Of a DNA stretch of 64,000 nucleotides, positions 52,106-64,000 are shown piece after piece. The stretch is taken from assembly GCA_964016885.1 (NCBI GenBank), contig OZ024740.1:63736001-63800000 (forward strand), read 5' to 3'. A model generated the notes under the pieces. The model did no database searches and was not told the origin of the DNA. It saw only the letters and a list, made by a program, of their open reading frames with translations. Position 1 is the first letter of the stretch. Each line of letters opens with the position of its first letter. A program made the translations under genes and the position numbers. The DNA is from Eledone cirrhosa (Eukaryota).

Positions 52106-54034
52106 TATATACACAGATATATACATATACATATATATATACACATACATATAACATTCAATTAATGAAAGTTGGTTGATAATATAATCCGCCAACTTTT
52201 TTTGTAAACAGACGTAAAGCACTCTACAATATTTATTCCTTAGAATGTCATGGATAAGATATCAACTGGAGTTTCAATATTATGAAGAAGGGAGATGGTT
52301 TATGTACACATAAAACCGTCTCTCTTCTTCATAAAACCAAGTTATCTTGAATATCGACTTTGAAATGTGAGTGTATTAGAATTCGTAAGATAATGGGAAA
52401 ACTCAGCACAAGGAAGCTGTTAAAACAGCAAAATGCCGTCAATGATGGCGTTGGGTACAATTTACCTCAGTGGCTAGAAGTGTGTTGGCTAAGAGAAGTG
52501 ATAGGAAGAAAAGAAAAAAGGAATAAAATGGAGAATAGATCACACAAACATTTAAATACACTCATCAGCTGTTAGATCGCCTGTGGTTTCAACGATTTAA
52601 CTAACAGTACCGCGTAAGTTAGATGGCTCGTAACAACAGAGAAATAAATATCTCTGTTGGTATAATGTTTGTGTTAGGAACAAAAATAGATTAGATAGAC
52701 AGACAGAAAGGTCTTTTCCACATACAGAGCCATTGTTTTCACCTTTCTTATGATGACCTGAGGCCGTGTAGATGCACTTTATTTTACTTTCTCTCTCTCT
52801 GTCTATCTAATATGCTGATAAACTATCATAGCTGAACCTATCAAAGAATTTTAAAAGCAGTCTAGAATCGAGAGGCAGCTAAATATATCTGGTAAAGAAA
52901 AGATTTTAATTAAGAAGAAAAACGGTCTTGCTTGATGTGAAGAAATAGTTTGTAACTGCTCTCTCTCTCTCTATATATATATATATAGACACACACAAAT
53001 ACATGCATACTTTCGGACACACATATTTCCGGGTGATATAGGGATGGATGGAATTTGGGTAAAAGTAATGCTCATATCTGATAGTTGAACATGGAAAAAA
53101 CATTTCTTAAATGTTCACACAAATTTCACAAATACAGGGAGAAACATAGAAAGTATTTGAAGGGTATGGAAACTAAAAGAGAGAGAAGTAATCACTCCCA
53201 ATTCCATGCATAGTGACCTCAGCAGCTTATAGTCCAATAATACCAAAAGATAAGGTGAAGAAATCACAGCTATAAGATTTCAAAGAGATAACTCAAGAAC
53301 AGTCAAAACTAGTAGAATTGTTTGAGAGATTGCAATAACAAAGTCTAAGAAATCTCTCTAAACAGGATTTTTTTCCAAAATAAACTTGAAAAGAAACTGA
53401 GCAGATGGTTTCAGTGAGCAATCTGAAATGAAAGTAAGAGTATCCTGGCACCTGAAAGTAGTATCAAGCATCACAATGAAGCTGTAATATAAGGCATCCG
53501 CCATTCATTCCAGCTGCTCTCATTCATTCGTATGGTATACTCACAACGCCCACAACAATGTCCTTGACCAACACTATAATTACGGCCCTTCCACTCAAGC
53601 TTGAAACTGACCACTTGCCTGTGTCTTGGATGAGCACATTAACAAGGTTTTGTGGTTTGGTCAGTTTACCGACAATATGAAATTCAGCAGTAGATTTTCA
53701 ACCTCTTCCCCTAAGCTAGGGACAAAAGGGGTAAGAAACAAGAAAAGAATAATGAGTTGATGTATCAAAAACATACATATAACATGACGCAATTAACTTA
53801 ATAAAGAAGCTTTTTTTGTTTTGTTTTGCTTTTTTTTTAACTTTAGAACTACAATATCTGAAATAGATTTATCAGCATTACCATAGTACAGATGTTTTGT
53901 TAGTTAAATACTAAATATAATTATTATTTCACTACACTAATTCTCACTTTTTGTTTGTATTTTTTTTTTATTTACAGATTGGAACTTTTTAATAATCACG
54001 TAATAATTTTTAAAAAAGATTTAGAGAGAGTTTC

Positions 54035-54126
54035 CTGTAAAAAGAAAGCTGAAATGGAATTGGGGAGAAATGCTGAAAGAGAATGAAGTCTGAAACAGAG
54101 AGCTTGCCATCTGAAATAGGAGAGAC
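54035..54126 (-). promoter_or_regulatory. Five back-to-back 3' splice-site-like units (pyrimidine tract plus TTTCAG/TTACAG)
   Basis: Minus strand: gtctctcctatttcag|atggcaagctctctgtttcag|acttcattctctttcag|catttctccccaattccatttcag|ctttctttttacag. Function is inferred. Confidence 0.6.
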
Positions 54127-56079
54127 TTGGCAAATTTTCTACCAAATCAGCAATGACAAATTTTCTACCAAATCAGCAATTTTCTTCTCAATCTGCATTT
54201 AAAAATATAATGCTTAATCTAAGATAAATTTAATGTAGGTACAATGACAGTTTTTAAGCCTCACGGAGCAAAAGGAACACAAGTAAAAATATTCTGTTAT
54301 TCTCTTCATACACAGAAAAAACCAGAGATTACCTTCACGTTTTTTTTAATGAATATTTAGCTTTTCATTAGAAAATAAATACTCTTATCCTTCCATATAT
54401 AAAAAGAACTTAAAGCAAACTGTTATCTATGTCAAACACAAACCAGAACTTGACTGAAATTACAATAATTAGATCCTACATAGTACTAGCTTTAGGCTTT
54501 AACAAAAGCAAAATACAAAATAATCCGACATATTGTTAATAAATGATTGAATAATGGAAATTTATTCCATATTGTTTTCAATACCACCAAAGTGTATATA
54601 TTAAATATAATTATAATTATTCAAATAGTTATGTTGTGTGTATCCAGGTTTTTAGAATAGGTACACTATCCCTGTGTGTTGAGAGGTGACTAAAAAGAAG
54701 AGCATCCGACTGTAAAATATTGTCTCAAACGATCTCATCCAAACCCATGCTAGCATGGAAAAATGTATGTAAAAGTGATGATGATCATGATTATAGTCAT
54801 TTAATTTATATTTTATTACGATTTGTGTGGAGGTCAGCAGAAGACAAGGTACTTAAAAACAGAGACTCAAATGGAAGTGGAAGTAATAAAATAATCTCCC
54901 CTGGTATGACCATTACTATTTCAAGATTGCAAAGCAATAAATCTTCAATAGAAATCAAGGAAACAATACCAGAAATTTCATGTTAAAGATATGTAACTAT
55001 AGGTTAACACAATATCAATACATATCTGCAGTCATCACCATTATTCTCTTCTTCCCATTTTTATCCTCATAACAATCTCTCACTGACAGAAACTACTTAA
55101 TTACCACCACTGCCAAAGTGCATCTTCATTTTTTGGGGATTTTACTAAACCTATAGCTTATCTCTTATTGTCTAATACACCACACCATTTCCTTTTTATG
55201 GCTGTTTGGAGAGTCTCTGAAATTTGTGAGGAGCAGGGCCAAAGTAACTATGACTTATGGGTTATCCTCAGACCTAGTCCAAATGCATACAGCACAATGG
55301 ACTCCACTAACGAAGAGCAGAAAATAAAAACTTATAGTGTAAAGGGAATTCCTTAGTTCAACCTCACAGAAACACTATAATGCTGATGGCAAGATAAAAA
55401 ACACCAAACCGTAAAAAATATATACACAACAAAATTTTCCCTGCTGTTGTGTATGCCAGATAATCAAAGGCTGCGACAAATGGTGAGATGCTGTGAAGCC
55501 TGTACACACCATGACAGTAATGACAATGATGAAATACATCTCTCTCTCTATGGGTGCGTGTGTGTATGTATCATCATCATCATCCTCATCATCACCATTT
55601 AACAACTATTTTTCTAAGTTGCATGGGTTAGACGGGTTGTCATGTTGAGACAATATTGGTGATTCACGTCTTGCTCATACAAATCTGTATTTTGGCTTGG
55701 TTTCTACAGATGGATGCCCTTCCTAATGCCAACCAAGTAGTGAACTGGGTGTTTTTTTGTTTTTTTTACTGTGGCAGCAAAACAACCATCTAACAGAATG
55801 AACTGGGCACTTTTTATATATATATATATACACGTATATATAAATATATATATGTGTGTGTGTATGTATATGTGTGCGTGTGTGTATATATAAAAGGTAA
55901 ACAAAACAAAACAAACGGTACAGTACATGGAAGAAATATATTAGTTTAACGCTTGAAATAGCAGGAAGAACGTTTCGGACACTAGTCCTTCACCAGAAGA
56001 TAGATAGAAAGTAAAGAGTGATGAGAGGAAGGAATGGGGAAAATGAGAAAAAAATTGTGTGTATATATAGATATATCAC

Positions 56080-57229
56080 AACTGTTTTACATCCAATTTT
56101 CCATGTTTGTATAGGTTGGATGTGTCTTTTCCAGTACAGCATCCCATCACTTGTAATGGTCCTTCAGTAACACAACTGAGATTCACTGATTTGAGATCAG
56201 CTGTCACAAGCTCTGCTATGGTCTTCCTTGGCCTCCCTCTACTACAATTCCCTTCCATTGGGATTTCTTGGTTCTTCTTTACCTAATGATCATCATCCAT
56301 ATGCATCACATGACCATCACAGTCTTCTCTTCTGCATACTTCATCTCATTCACCTCTTATATCAAGCTTTTCTTGCAGCGCATCAAAGCTTAGTCATTCA
56401 TGTTTGCTTCATTTCTCTCTAGCCTTCGCATATCCTCTGCATTCACTGCCCATGTCTTGGTCACATCCAAAATCGCACTTCGCACACAGGTACATACAGC
56501 CAGCCTTTCTTTTGTAGAGAGAAACCTTTTGTTGTCAACAGAGGTAGTAGCTCCCTGAACTTTTCCATCCTGTTCTTACTCTATCTTCTATGTTCTTGGT
56601 GAACCATCCTCCCCAACTAATTTGATCCCCTAGGTAGCAGAAACTATCAACCCCTTCTATGGGGCATTGTCGGGAATGGAAAACATTTATTTTACTGATG
56701 CTCTTGCAACTATCTCTGAGCATTTGCCACATACAAAGTTAGTCTGTCTGCTATCCCACTATACCTCTTGTGTATCCAAGATTTACACTGTCTCCATAGT
56801 ATAGAATTACTAGCTACTCCTTTTCTATATACTGAGCATGGCCATTTTCCTGATGAGATCAGGGTTCTGTCTTCTTTCTTACTTATTAACACTTTGGTTT
56901 TTGCTAAGTTTATTCTAAACCCTTTTGATTTTAAGTTCTGTTTCCAAAGCCAAAATTTCTTCTCTAGCTCTTCCACTTATCTGGTCATAAGAACCTGTCT
57001 TATATTTTTTGGTTATGGCCTGGAGGAATATAATAAACAGGAGAGGGCTGAGAACTGAGCCCTGATGAACATCTACTTTCACTTTGAATTCCTCACTTAA
57101 CTCATTACCTACTATCACTTTACTGACAGCTTCTCTGTACATGGCTTGCACTGCTCTTACAAGCCATTCTTCTACATCAAGTTTCCTTAAGGACCACCAG
57201 ATGATAGATTGTGGCACTCTATCTAAGGA
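56080..57229 (-). mobile_element. Decayed 5'-truncated RTE LINE
   Basis: DRVPQSIIWWSLRKL, HQGSVLSPLLF and GKWPCSV remnants; tail at ~56080. Confidence 0.88.
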
Positions 57230-57294
57230 CAAGTGTGTGCGCGTATGTGTTAATATGAAGACAGCTAATATACTTTGTGCAATACATGTATATA

Positions 57295-57339
57295 CTGCAC
57301 AAAGATGACATGCAAATTCATGAAGCATTCCATTTTTTT
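57295..57339 (+). pseudogene. U6 snRNA 3' fragment (processed pseudogene)
   Basis: ctgcacaaagatgacatgcaaattcatgaagcattccat matches the U6 3' end (CTGCGCAAGGATGACACGCAAATTCGTGAAGCGTTCCAT, recalled from memory) at 34/39 nt, with 4 of 5 changes at CpG; ends in T7. Confidence 0.8.
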
Positions 57340-57600
57340 ACACAACAATCACTCTAGTGTTGGTTCCACCAAATAATGCACCTAGCCTACAATGTGAAGT
57401 CGTAATGCTGATACCACAATAAAACAGACCTGTTACACACTGTAGAGTGGTTAGCATTTGGAAAGGCATCCAGTCGCAGAAACCAAGTCTAACATATGAG
57501 CAGGACATGTCATATGACCTGTTTATTCTCAGATCATGAAAACATGTCCAATTCATGACAGCTTCGAACTGAAAACAGTGAAGATGATGACAATAATGAT
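57340..57600 (+). mobile_element. Decayed RTE 3' UTR directly after the U6 fragment
   Basis: cactgtagagtggttagcatttggaaaggcatccag...atgagcaggaca...gatgatgac, homologous to 17720-17883. Confidence 0.65.
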
Positions 57601-59014
57601 ACATACACTCAACAATGAACGTTTTAGCATCCAGATTTTTCTTTTTTCAATGCTAACATGGGTTGTGTATGTTTACTAAAGGTACTACACTTCACCTATG
57701 AAAACTCCTTTTGCTCAATTATTGACATATTTAGTAAGATGGTTCAATACTGTTGTAGAAAAAGTGAGTGAGAAAGAGAGAGAGGATTGGGTGGTGCGAT
57801 TAATATAGAGGGAATAAGTCAAAGGGAAGGAGAGAAAAAGAAGCAGAAAAAGGGATTACACAACAACAGCAAGGATGAAGGGAGATTAAGTCTCAAAATA
57901 TAATATATTATCACAAAATAACTCCCCATAGAGCCATCCACATCCACACAGCTAGATGAGTGAGCAAAACACAGAAAGTCAAAGATACAGGGATGAAACA
58001 CAATAAATAAATCGTCTCCTGGATAGGACACCAGTAATCAGAGGTAAAATTTACTGTTGATATGGTGCTTACTCAGGTTTAACATGTTTGTATGGGTTGG
58101 ATGTGTCTTTTCCAGTACAGCATCCCATCACTTGTAATGGTCCTTCAGTAACACAACTGCCCAGCCACATACTTGAAGTCAACCCACCCTTATCCATACA
58201 GTCATGTTGACAACACAAGCATTTTAAAGCCATCTTCCCTGTAGGCTCCATGACAAGCCTCTCAACTTTTCCCTATTGTCTGCATCCCCACTCACCAATC
58301 TCCTGGCTTTCATTTTCTCCTCCATTATTTTTAGCCACGTCTTTCTGAAAGACACTCAGTCATGTCAATTCTACAGAATAGTTATTGCAGAAACATTGAC
58401 AAGACTAAATATCTATAGGATCTAATAACAATGTATGTCGAGACAGAGTTAGACAAAAAAAAAAAAATAGAAAGGCATTTATATATTTTTGAATGTATCA
58501 TATTCCATCTTTTGGAAGGCTTAGAGAATTTTTGTAAATAACCATCTTTGACGTTATACCTCTACCAGGCAGTCTGTTTCCACTCTTGTATTCGTTTTGA
58601 CAATAAGCATTCAGTATATACCAGTGTGTGTGTTATACACACATACACATATATATATGAATGAAAAATGGCATGCTGCGTTGTTGCGAACATGAACATA
58701 TGAATAAAAATAGACTAAGAGATTAAATGTCCCTCATCAGTAGTCTGCTGATTATCGTTGGTATTTCTTCGCATTAAAGACTAGATACCTAAAATCAGTG
58801 CGAACGATAACTAAATTTAGTTATCGCTCACACAGATTTTAGGTATATATATATACATGATGAAGAGACAATAATCTTTGAAATGCATAAAGATAATCTC
58901 TTGTATTTTTCTTTGTACAGAGGTAAAAGTTTCTTTACACTTATTTTCTAGTTATATTCACATCAAATTTATCTTATTTATATATGTATATATATTTATA
59001 TATATATATATATA

Positions 59015-60240
59015 CGAGGGGTGGCTGAAAAGTTTTGAGCTTCACACAGAAAACAAATAGTTATGCAAATGAAATGTTGTCTGTAAAATCAGTGCTAGCC
59101 AGGTTTCGTACTCTAAACATTTTTTCATTTCTCTTCACAGATTCTTGAAGATGATGTACTCAGGCATTTTATGAAAAATGGAGAAACTCAAGTATCTACA
59201 GTTGAAAGGCATGACCCCATAAGGACATACAAGACACATCAGGGGAAAATGTCCCATCATATGCCACAGTGAAACGCTGAGTCAATGAATTCAAGCTTGG
59301 CAAGGAAAGTGTGGAAGATGACCTAATGTCTGGGAGGCCATCAACAGTGACCACACCAGGACCTTTTTCCTTAGAATGGTGATGAAGGATTGACAACTCT
59401 CATCTCGTCAGATAGCAATCGTGTTCGGCATTTTCCAGGAGTGAGCCAATAATATACTGACAGACAAGCTTAGTTTGAGAAAGGTGCCTGTATGCTGGGT
59501 TCCATGTCTTTTGAATGAGGAACAAAAACACACTCATCGCACTACGTCCTCCAAAAATTTGGGACTTTTTGAAGCTGATCTAGAAGATTTCCAGGCATGA
59601 TTTGTCACCATGGAAGAGGCCTGGGTTCATCACTACCAACCTGAAACAAAAGAGCAGTCTAAACAGTGAAAGCACCCATCCTCACCAACCCTGAAGAAGG
59701 CCAAGATCACACCATCTGCAGGAAAGATCATGGCTACCATTTTCTGGGATGCCCAAGTGTTGTTGGTGGATTATCTCTAAAAAAAGTCAAACGATGCCAA
59801 CCTGCTTAAAGGACAAAACTATGACAACCTGCTTAAACATCTGCATGAAAACATCAAGAAGAGGCCAGGATTGCTGACAAAAGGGGTCTTGTTCCATCAT
59901 GACATTGCTCTTGCCCACACCCCGGTGATATCAATGGCAACAATCCATTACTGTGGGTTCCAACTCATCCATCATCCACCATAAATACCAAACCTCACAC
60001 CCTCCGATTTCAACCTGTTCTCAAACCTGAAAAAGGATATGACCGGACAACACAATGCCACAAATGATGACATCAAAGATGCTGTGGACACCTATATGGA
60101 TGACCAAACTAAGGAGTTCTACTTCAGCACCGGTGGAAGAAATGTGTGGACTGAAAGTGAGACTATGTTGAAAAATAAAACAAGAAAATATTTGTATATG
60201 CTACCATTCCTTGGAGGCTCAAACTTTTCAGACACCCTGC
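59015..60240 (+). mobile_element. Dead mariner (DD34D, Himar1/irritans-like) DNA transposon
   Basis: Degenerate TIRs cgaggggtggctgaaaagttttgagc / gctcaaacttttcagacaccctg in a TA context; transposase relics WVPCLL, FVTMEEAWVHHY, SAGKIMATIFWDA, FHHDIALAH and HPP*IPNLTPSDF with stops. Confidence 0.9.
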
Positions 60241-60271
60241 ACATATATATATATACACATGTGTGTGTGTT

Positions 60272-60320
<49 letters not shown>

Positions 60321-60329
60321 GATTTGTAT

Positions 60330-60783
60330 GGGTGACAGATGCAACCCAAAGAAAATGTTTTATGGTGAACTCAAGCTGGGCAAAAAGATAAATGGCAAGC
60401 CAAGGAAATACAAAGACTCTCTAAACAAGAAATTAAAATTAAAATCTTGAATCATGTGCAGCATATAGAGTAGCCAGGAGAAATGCCATTTGAAATGGAA
60501 TTAAAGTATTTGAAATCGAGAGGGTAAAACATGCAGAACTGGAAAAATAAAAGTAATAATGATGAATCTTATCCATCATTGGTTTTCAAATGCCCTGTGT
60601 CTTTCAAATGCTGGCTTGGAGTCACACCAACAAGCACATGATGGTAAAGTCCAAGTTCCTTATTCAATCTTTGTTGCAGAGAATCAGTTCCAGTGCCATG
60701 TTTGTCAGAAAAATTGCAAATCATGTGGTAGATTGAAGCGGCATTTGAACATACATAATAAGCAAACCGAAATTGGAAACTAA
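60330..60783 (+). mobile_element. Relic of a different RTE C-terminus with a C2H2 finger
   Basis: PKKMFYGELKLGK..GKPRKYKD and FQCHVCQKNCKSCGRLKRHLNIH. Confidence 0.6.
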
Positions 60784-61369
60784 TGAAATGAGACATCACT
60801 GTTTTATTTGTGGATGGGTCTTTCTCAGGCTTTCAAGACTCTAAAGCCATTTGAGATCTCATGCCAGGAAAGAAAAGACAAAGTGCAAGAAGTGGACAAG
60901 CTTTGTATGGAGCAGACAACCTTCAAATACACACACACACACACACACATACATGCACCCACATAAAGATTCTTTAGAAAATTGCTATAAATATAACTAT
61001 GGTTTTTAACTGAGAAAATAGTGTAAACATACTTTTACCTCTGTACACAGAAAAATATAAGAGATTATCTTTATGCATTTCAGAGATTATTGTCTCTTCA
61101 TTAGAAGATAATCACTCCTATGATTCTGCCTATGGAAGAATCTTATAACAGTTACTATTCATGTCAAAAAGATGTCGAACTTAATTAAAATGGCCAGTAC
61201 TATTTGCATGATGTGCATTAGTTTAACAACATAATTAACTGAATACATTATTATTAAATCTTTAGATTTTGCTAAACTTACCTTTAAGTCTATCAATTTT
61301 AGGTTTTGTTTTCACATCTGAAATTTCTTATCTAAATCTACTACAAATTCAGCTAAAAGAATTAGATCA

Positions 61370-62088
<719 letters not shown>

Positions 62089-62504
62089 TTAGGAACCGAA
62101 ATTCAATATGACTTTTGATTCATGGTCATTTGAAAAAGTCAGGGTAATCTTACTTTTTTTGTTTATTATGAAACCTTTTCTATTATACTTTTTTCATTGC
62201 TACCAGCACAAGAGGAATGGTTTTTGTTAGAGTAGAGAGCAACGAAGGGCATCTGGCCATGTCTTGTCCAACCCATTCCAGCATGAAGAAGCAGTGATGA
62301 TGAATGTCTAAAACCATAATTATTGTGCTTGTATAGTAAAATAGGGTACATAGAGCTGTGTAGTAAAGAAGTTTAAGTATGCTTTGAAGCCACATACTAT
62401 TAGATTCTATCCCACAGTGTAGTTAGTACCTTGGGTACATGGCTTCTTACGAAAGGCTTGTGAGTGATTTTGGTAGACGTAAGCTGTACAGAGACCTTTC
62501 ATCA

Positions 62505-63960
62505 AGATCATCATCATCGTTTTGTCAGCTGTTCCATACTTGCATGGGTTGAATGGGACGTTTTCAGTACAGCATCTCTCCACTTGCTACATTCCTTTCT
62601 TAACTCCTCTGTGAAATTCAGCTCTCACGCCATCTACCTAGGTCTTTCTCTACTGCAGCTTCACTCCACTAGAATTTCTTGGTACTTCTATACCCAACGA
62701 TCATCATCCATGTGCATCATATGCCTATACCATCACAGTTTTCTCTCTTTCACACTACATCTGATTCCTCTTCACTCAGTTTCTTTCTCAGTTCATCTAT
62801 GCTTTGTTGTTTCTGCACATTAACATTGCACATCCATTGAAGCATGCTTACATCATTTCTCTCCACCCTTTGCATATTATTTGCATTCACTGCCTATGTC
62901 TCACTACCATGCAACATCACACTTTGCACACAGGCATCATACAGCTAACCTTTTGTTCATAGAGACACCTTCAGTCGTCAACAGAAGTAGCAGTTTCCTA
63001 AACGTTTTCCATCCTATCCTTAGCCTAGCTACTATCCTCTCAGAGCACCCACCTCTACTGCTAAATATATCCCCTAGGTAGCAGAGGCTATCAATCACTT
63101 CTATGGATCCTTCCTGGGACTATCAATTGACCCTAAACTATCAATTGACCCTAAACATTTACTACATACAAAATCTTCCTTTCCTGTTAGTCTGCCTGTT
63201 ATCCCAATACACCTCTTGTGTATCCAAGATTTGCATTGTGTACATCATATAGAGTTTATACCTAATCCTTTTCTACATAAAGAACAAGACTACTTCCCTG
63301 ATGAGATCAGTGCTCTATCTTTTTTACATTCTTAATAACATTCTATTTTTGCTAAGATTACCCTCAGCCCTTTTGATACTAAGTTGTTTCCAAAGATGGA
63401 ATTTATTTTCTAGTTTTTCCACAGATTCAACAATGAGGACAGAAGTTCCCATGGACAACCAGTCTTAAAATCCTCTGTTGTGGCCTGGAGGACTATGATA
63501 AAGAGAAGTAAACGAAGAACTGATCCCTGGTGCACTCATAGTTGTACTTTCAATTACTCACTAATCACACTTCCTACTCTCACTTTACTCATTTTTCCAG
63601 CCTTTCCACACCTGCCTCTTGGTTTTAATGGCTCTATCCAGTGCTGGTTCATCAGTAGTTTGTAGTAGGTTGTCATGTGTGGGAATTTCCAATTGTCTTC
63701 TATGTCATATGTGTTTAACTCGTTCTCCTTCTCATCAAATTTAAGAGATGGAAACTGTGTGAAAGCCCATCAGTGAGACCATTTCTGCCTGATTTTGGGT
63801 GGTTGACCTAATCTGAGATCCCAATCTACAGTGGAGTCCACTCTCTTCCAGGTATTCAGACCATGTCTCCAACTTGAGTTCAACTTCCTCCCTTTTTGCC
63901 ACCAGTTTCTGAAGCTCTGAAAAAAATGTCATGAACACTGCCCTTCCTCCTAACCAAATA
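62505..63960 (-). mobile_element. Decayed RTE fragments
   Basis: Tail at 62505, C-terminal, PHD and HQGS relics to ~63590, and a further RT-like relic (LVAKREEVELKLETW); 18-bp tandem duplication at ~63119-63155. Confidence 0.75.
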
Positions 63961-64000
63961 GATGTTTTAAAATACAAAAAATAGGCATAAAAAAACAAAG

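Larger units (their letters stand above)
58860..61101. mobile_element. Element with ~95-bp TIRs hosting nested insertions
   Basis: atgaagagacaataatc...ttattttctagtt (58860-58953) is the inverted copy of 61008-61101. Confidence 0.7.

Noticed and set aside
52281-52333. 53-bp hairpin as a Helitron end or pre-miRNA
   Set aside because: No CTRR terminus at the expected distance and no other support; probably a small repeat relic.
55969-55998. Minus-strand hammerhead-like CTGGTGAaggactagtgtccGAAACGTT
   Set aside because: The core is mutated (CUGGUGA) and there is no stem I; at best an inactive relic.
60559-60783. Host C2H2 zinc-finger gene
   Set aside because: A single finger following a decayed RTE C-terminal motif, so it is transposon-derived.

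Overview
AT-rich, repeat-dense animal genomic DNA. The repeat repertoire suggests an octopus or other cephalopod, but that is inference. The window holds the 3' half of a minus-strand U2AF large-subunit gene (U2AF2/U2AF65): six GT-AG coding exons (62075->1441) splice in frame into about 215 aa covering RRM2, the linker and the UHM. The 5' exons lie beyond the window. The introns contain an apparently intact RTE LINE (1039-aa APE-RT-PHD ORF with tandem ~400-bp 5' monomers), many decayed RTE copies in both orientations, tRNA-derived SINEs, a hAT MITE, a dead mariner, Penelope-like relics with hammerhead ribozyme motifs (one inside a perfect 177-bp inverted repeat), a U6 snRNA fragment fused to an RTE tail, and a ~22.6-kb 31-bp satellite with higher-order structure. 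The most notable signal is a non-repetitive island (~52.4-54.2 kb) in the intron that splits RRM2. On the pre-mRNA strand it carries back-to-back polypyrimidine-tract/YAG units, which are U2AF's own binding site, plus stop-containing cryptic exons. This is a candidate autoregulatory U2AF-sensor/poison-exon module. All coordinates and identities were read by eye and no database searches were run.
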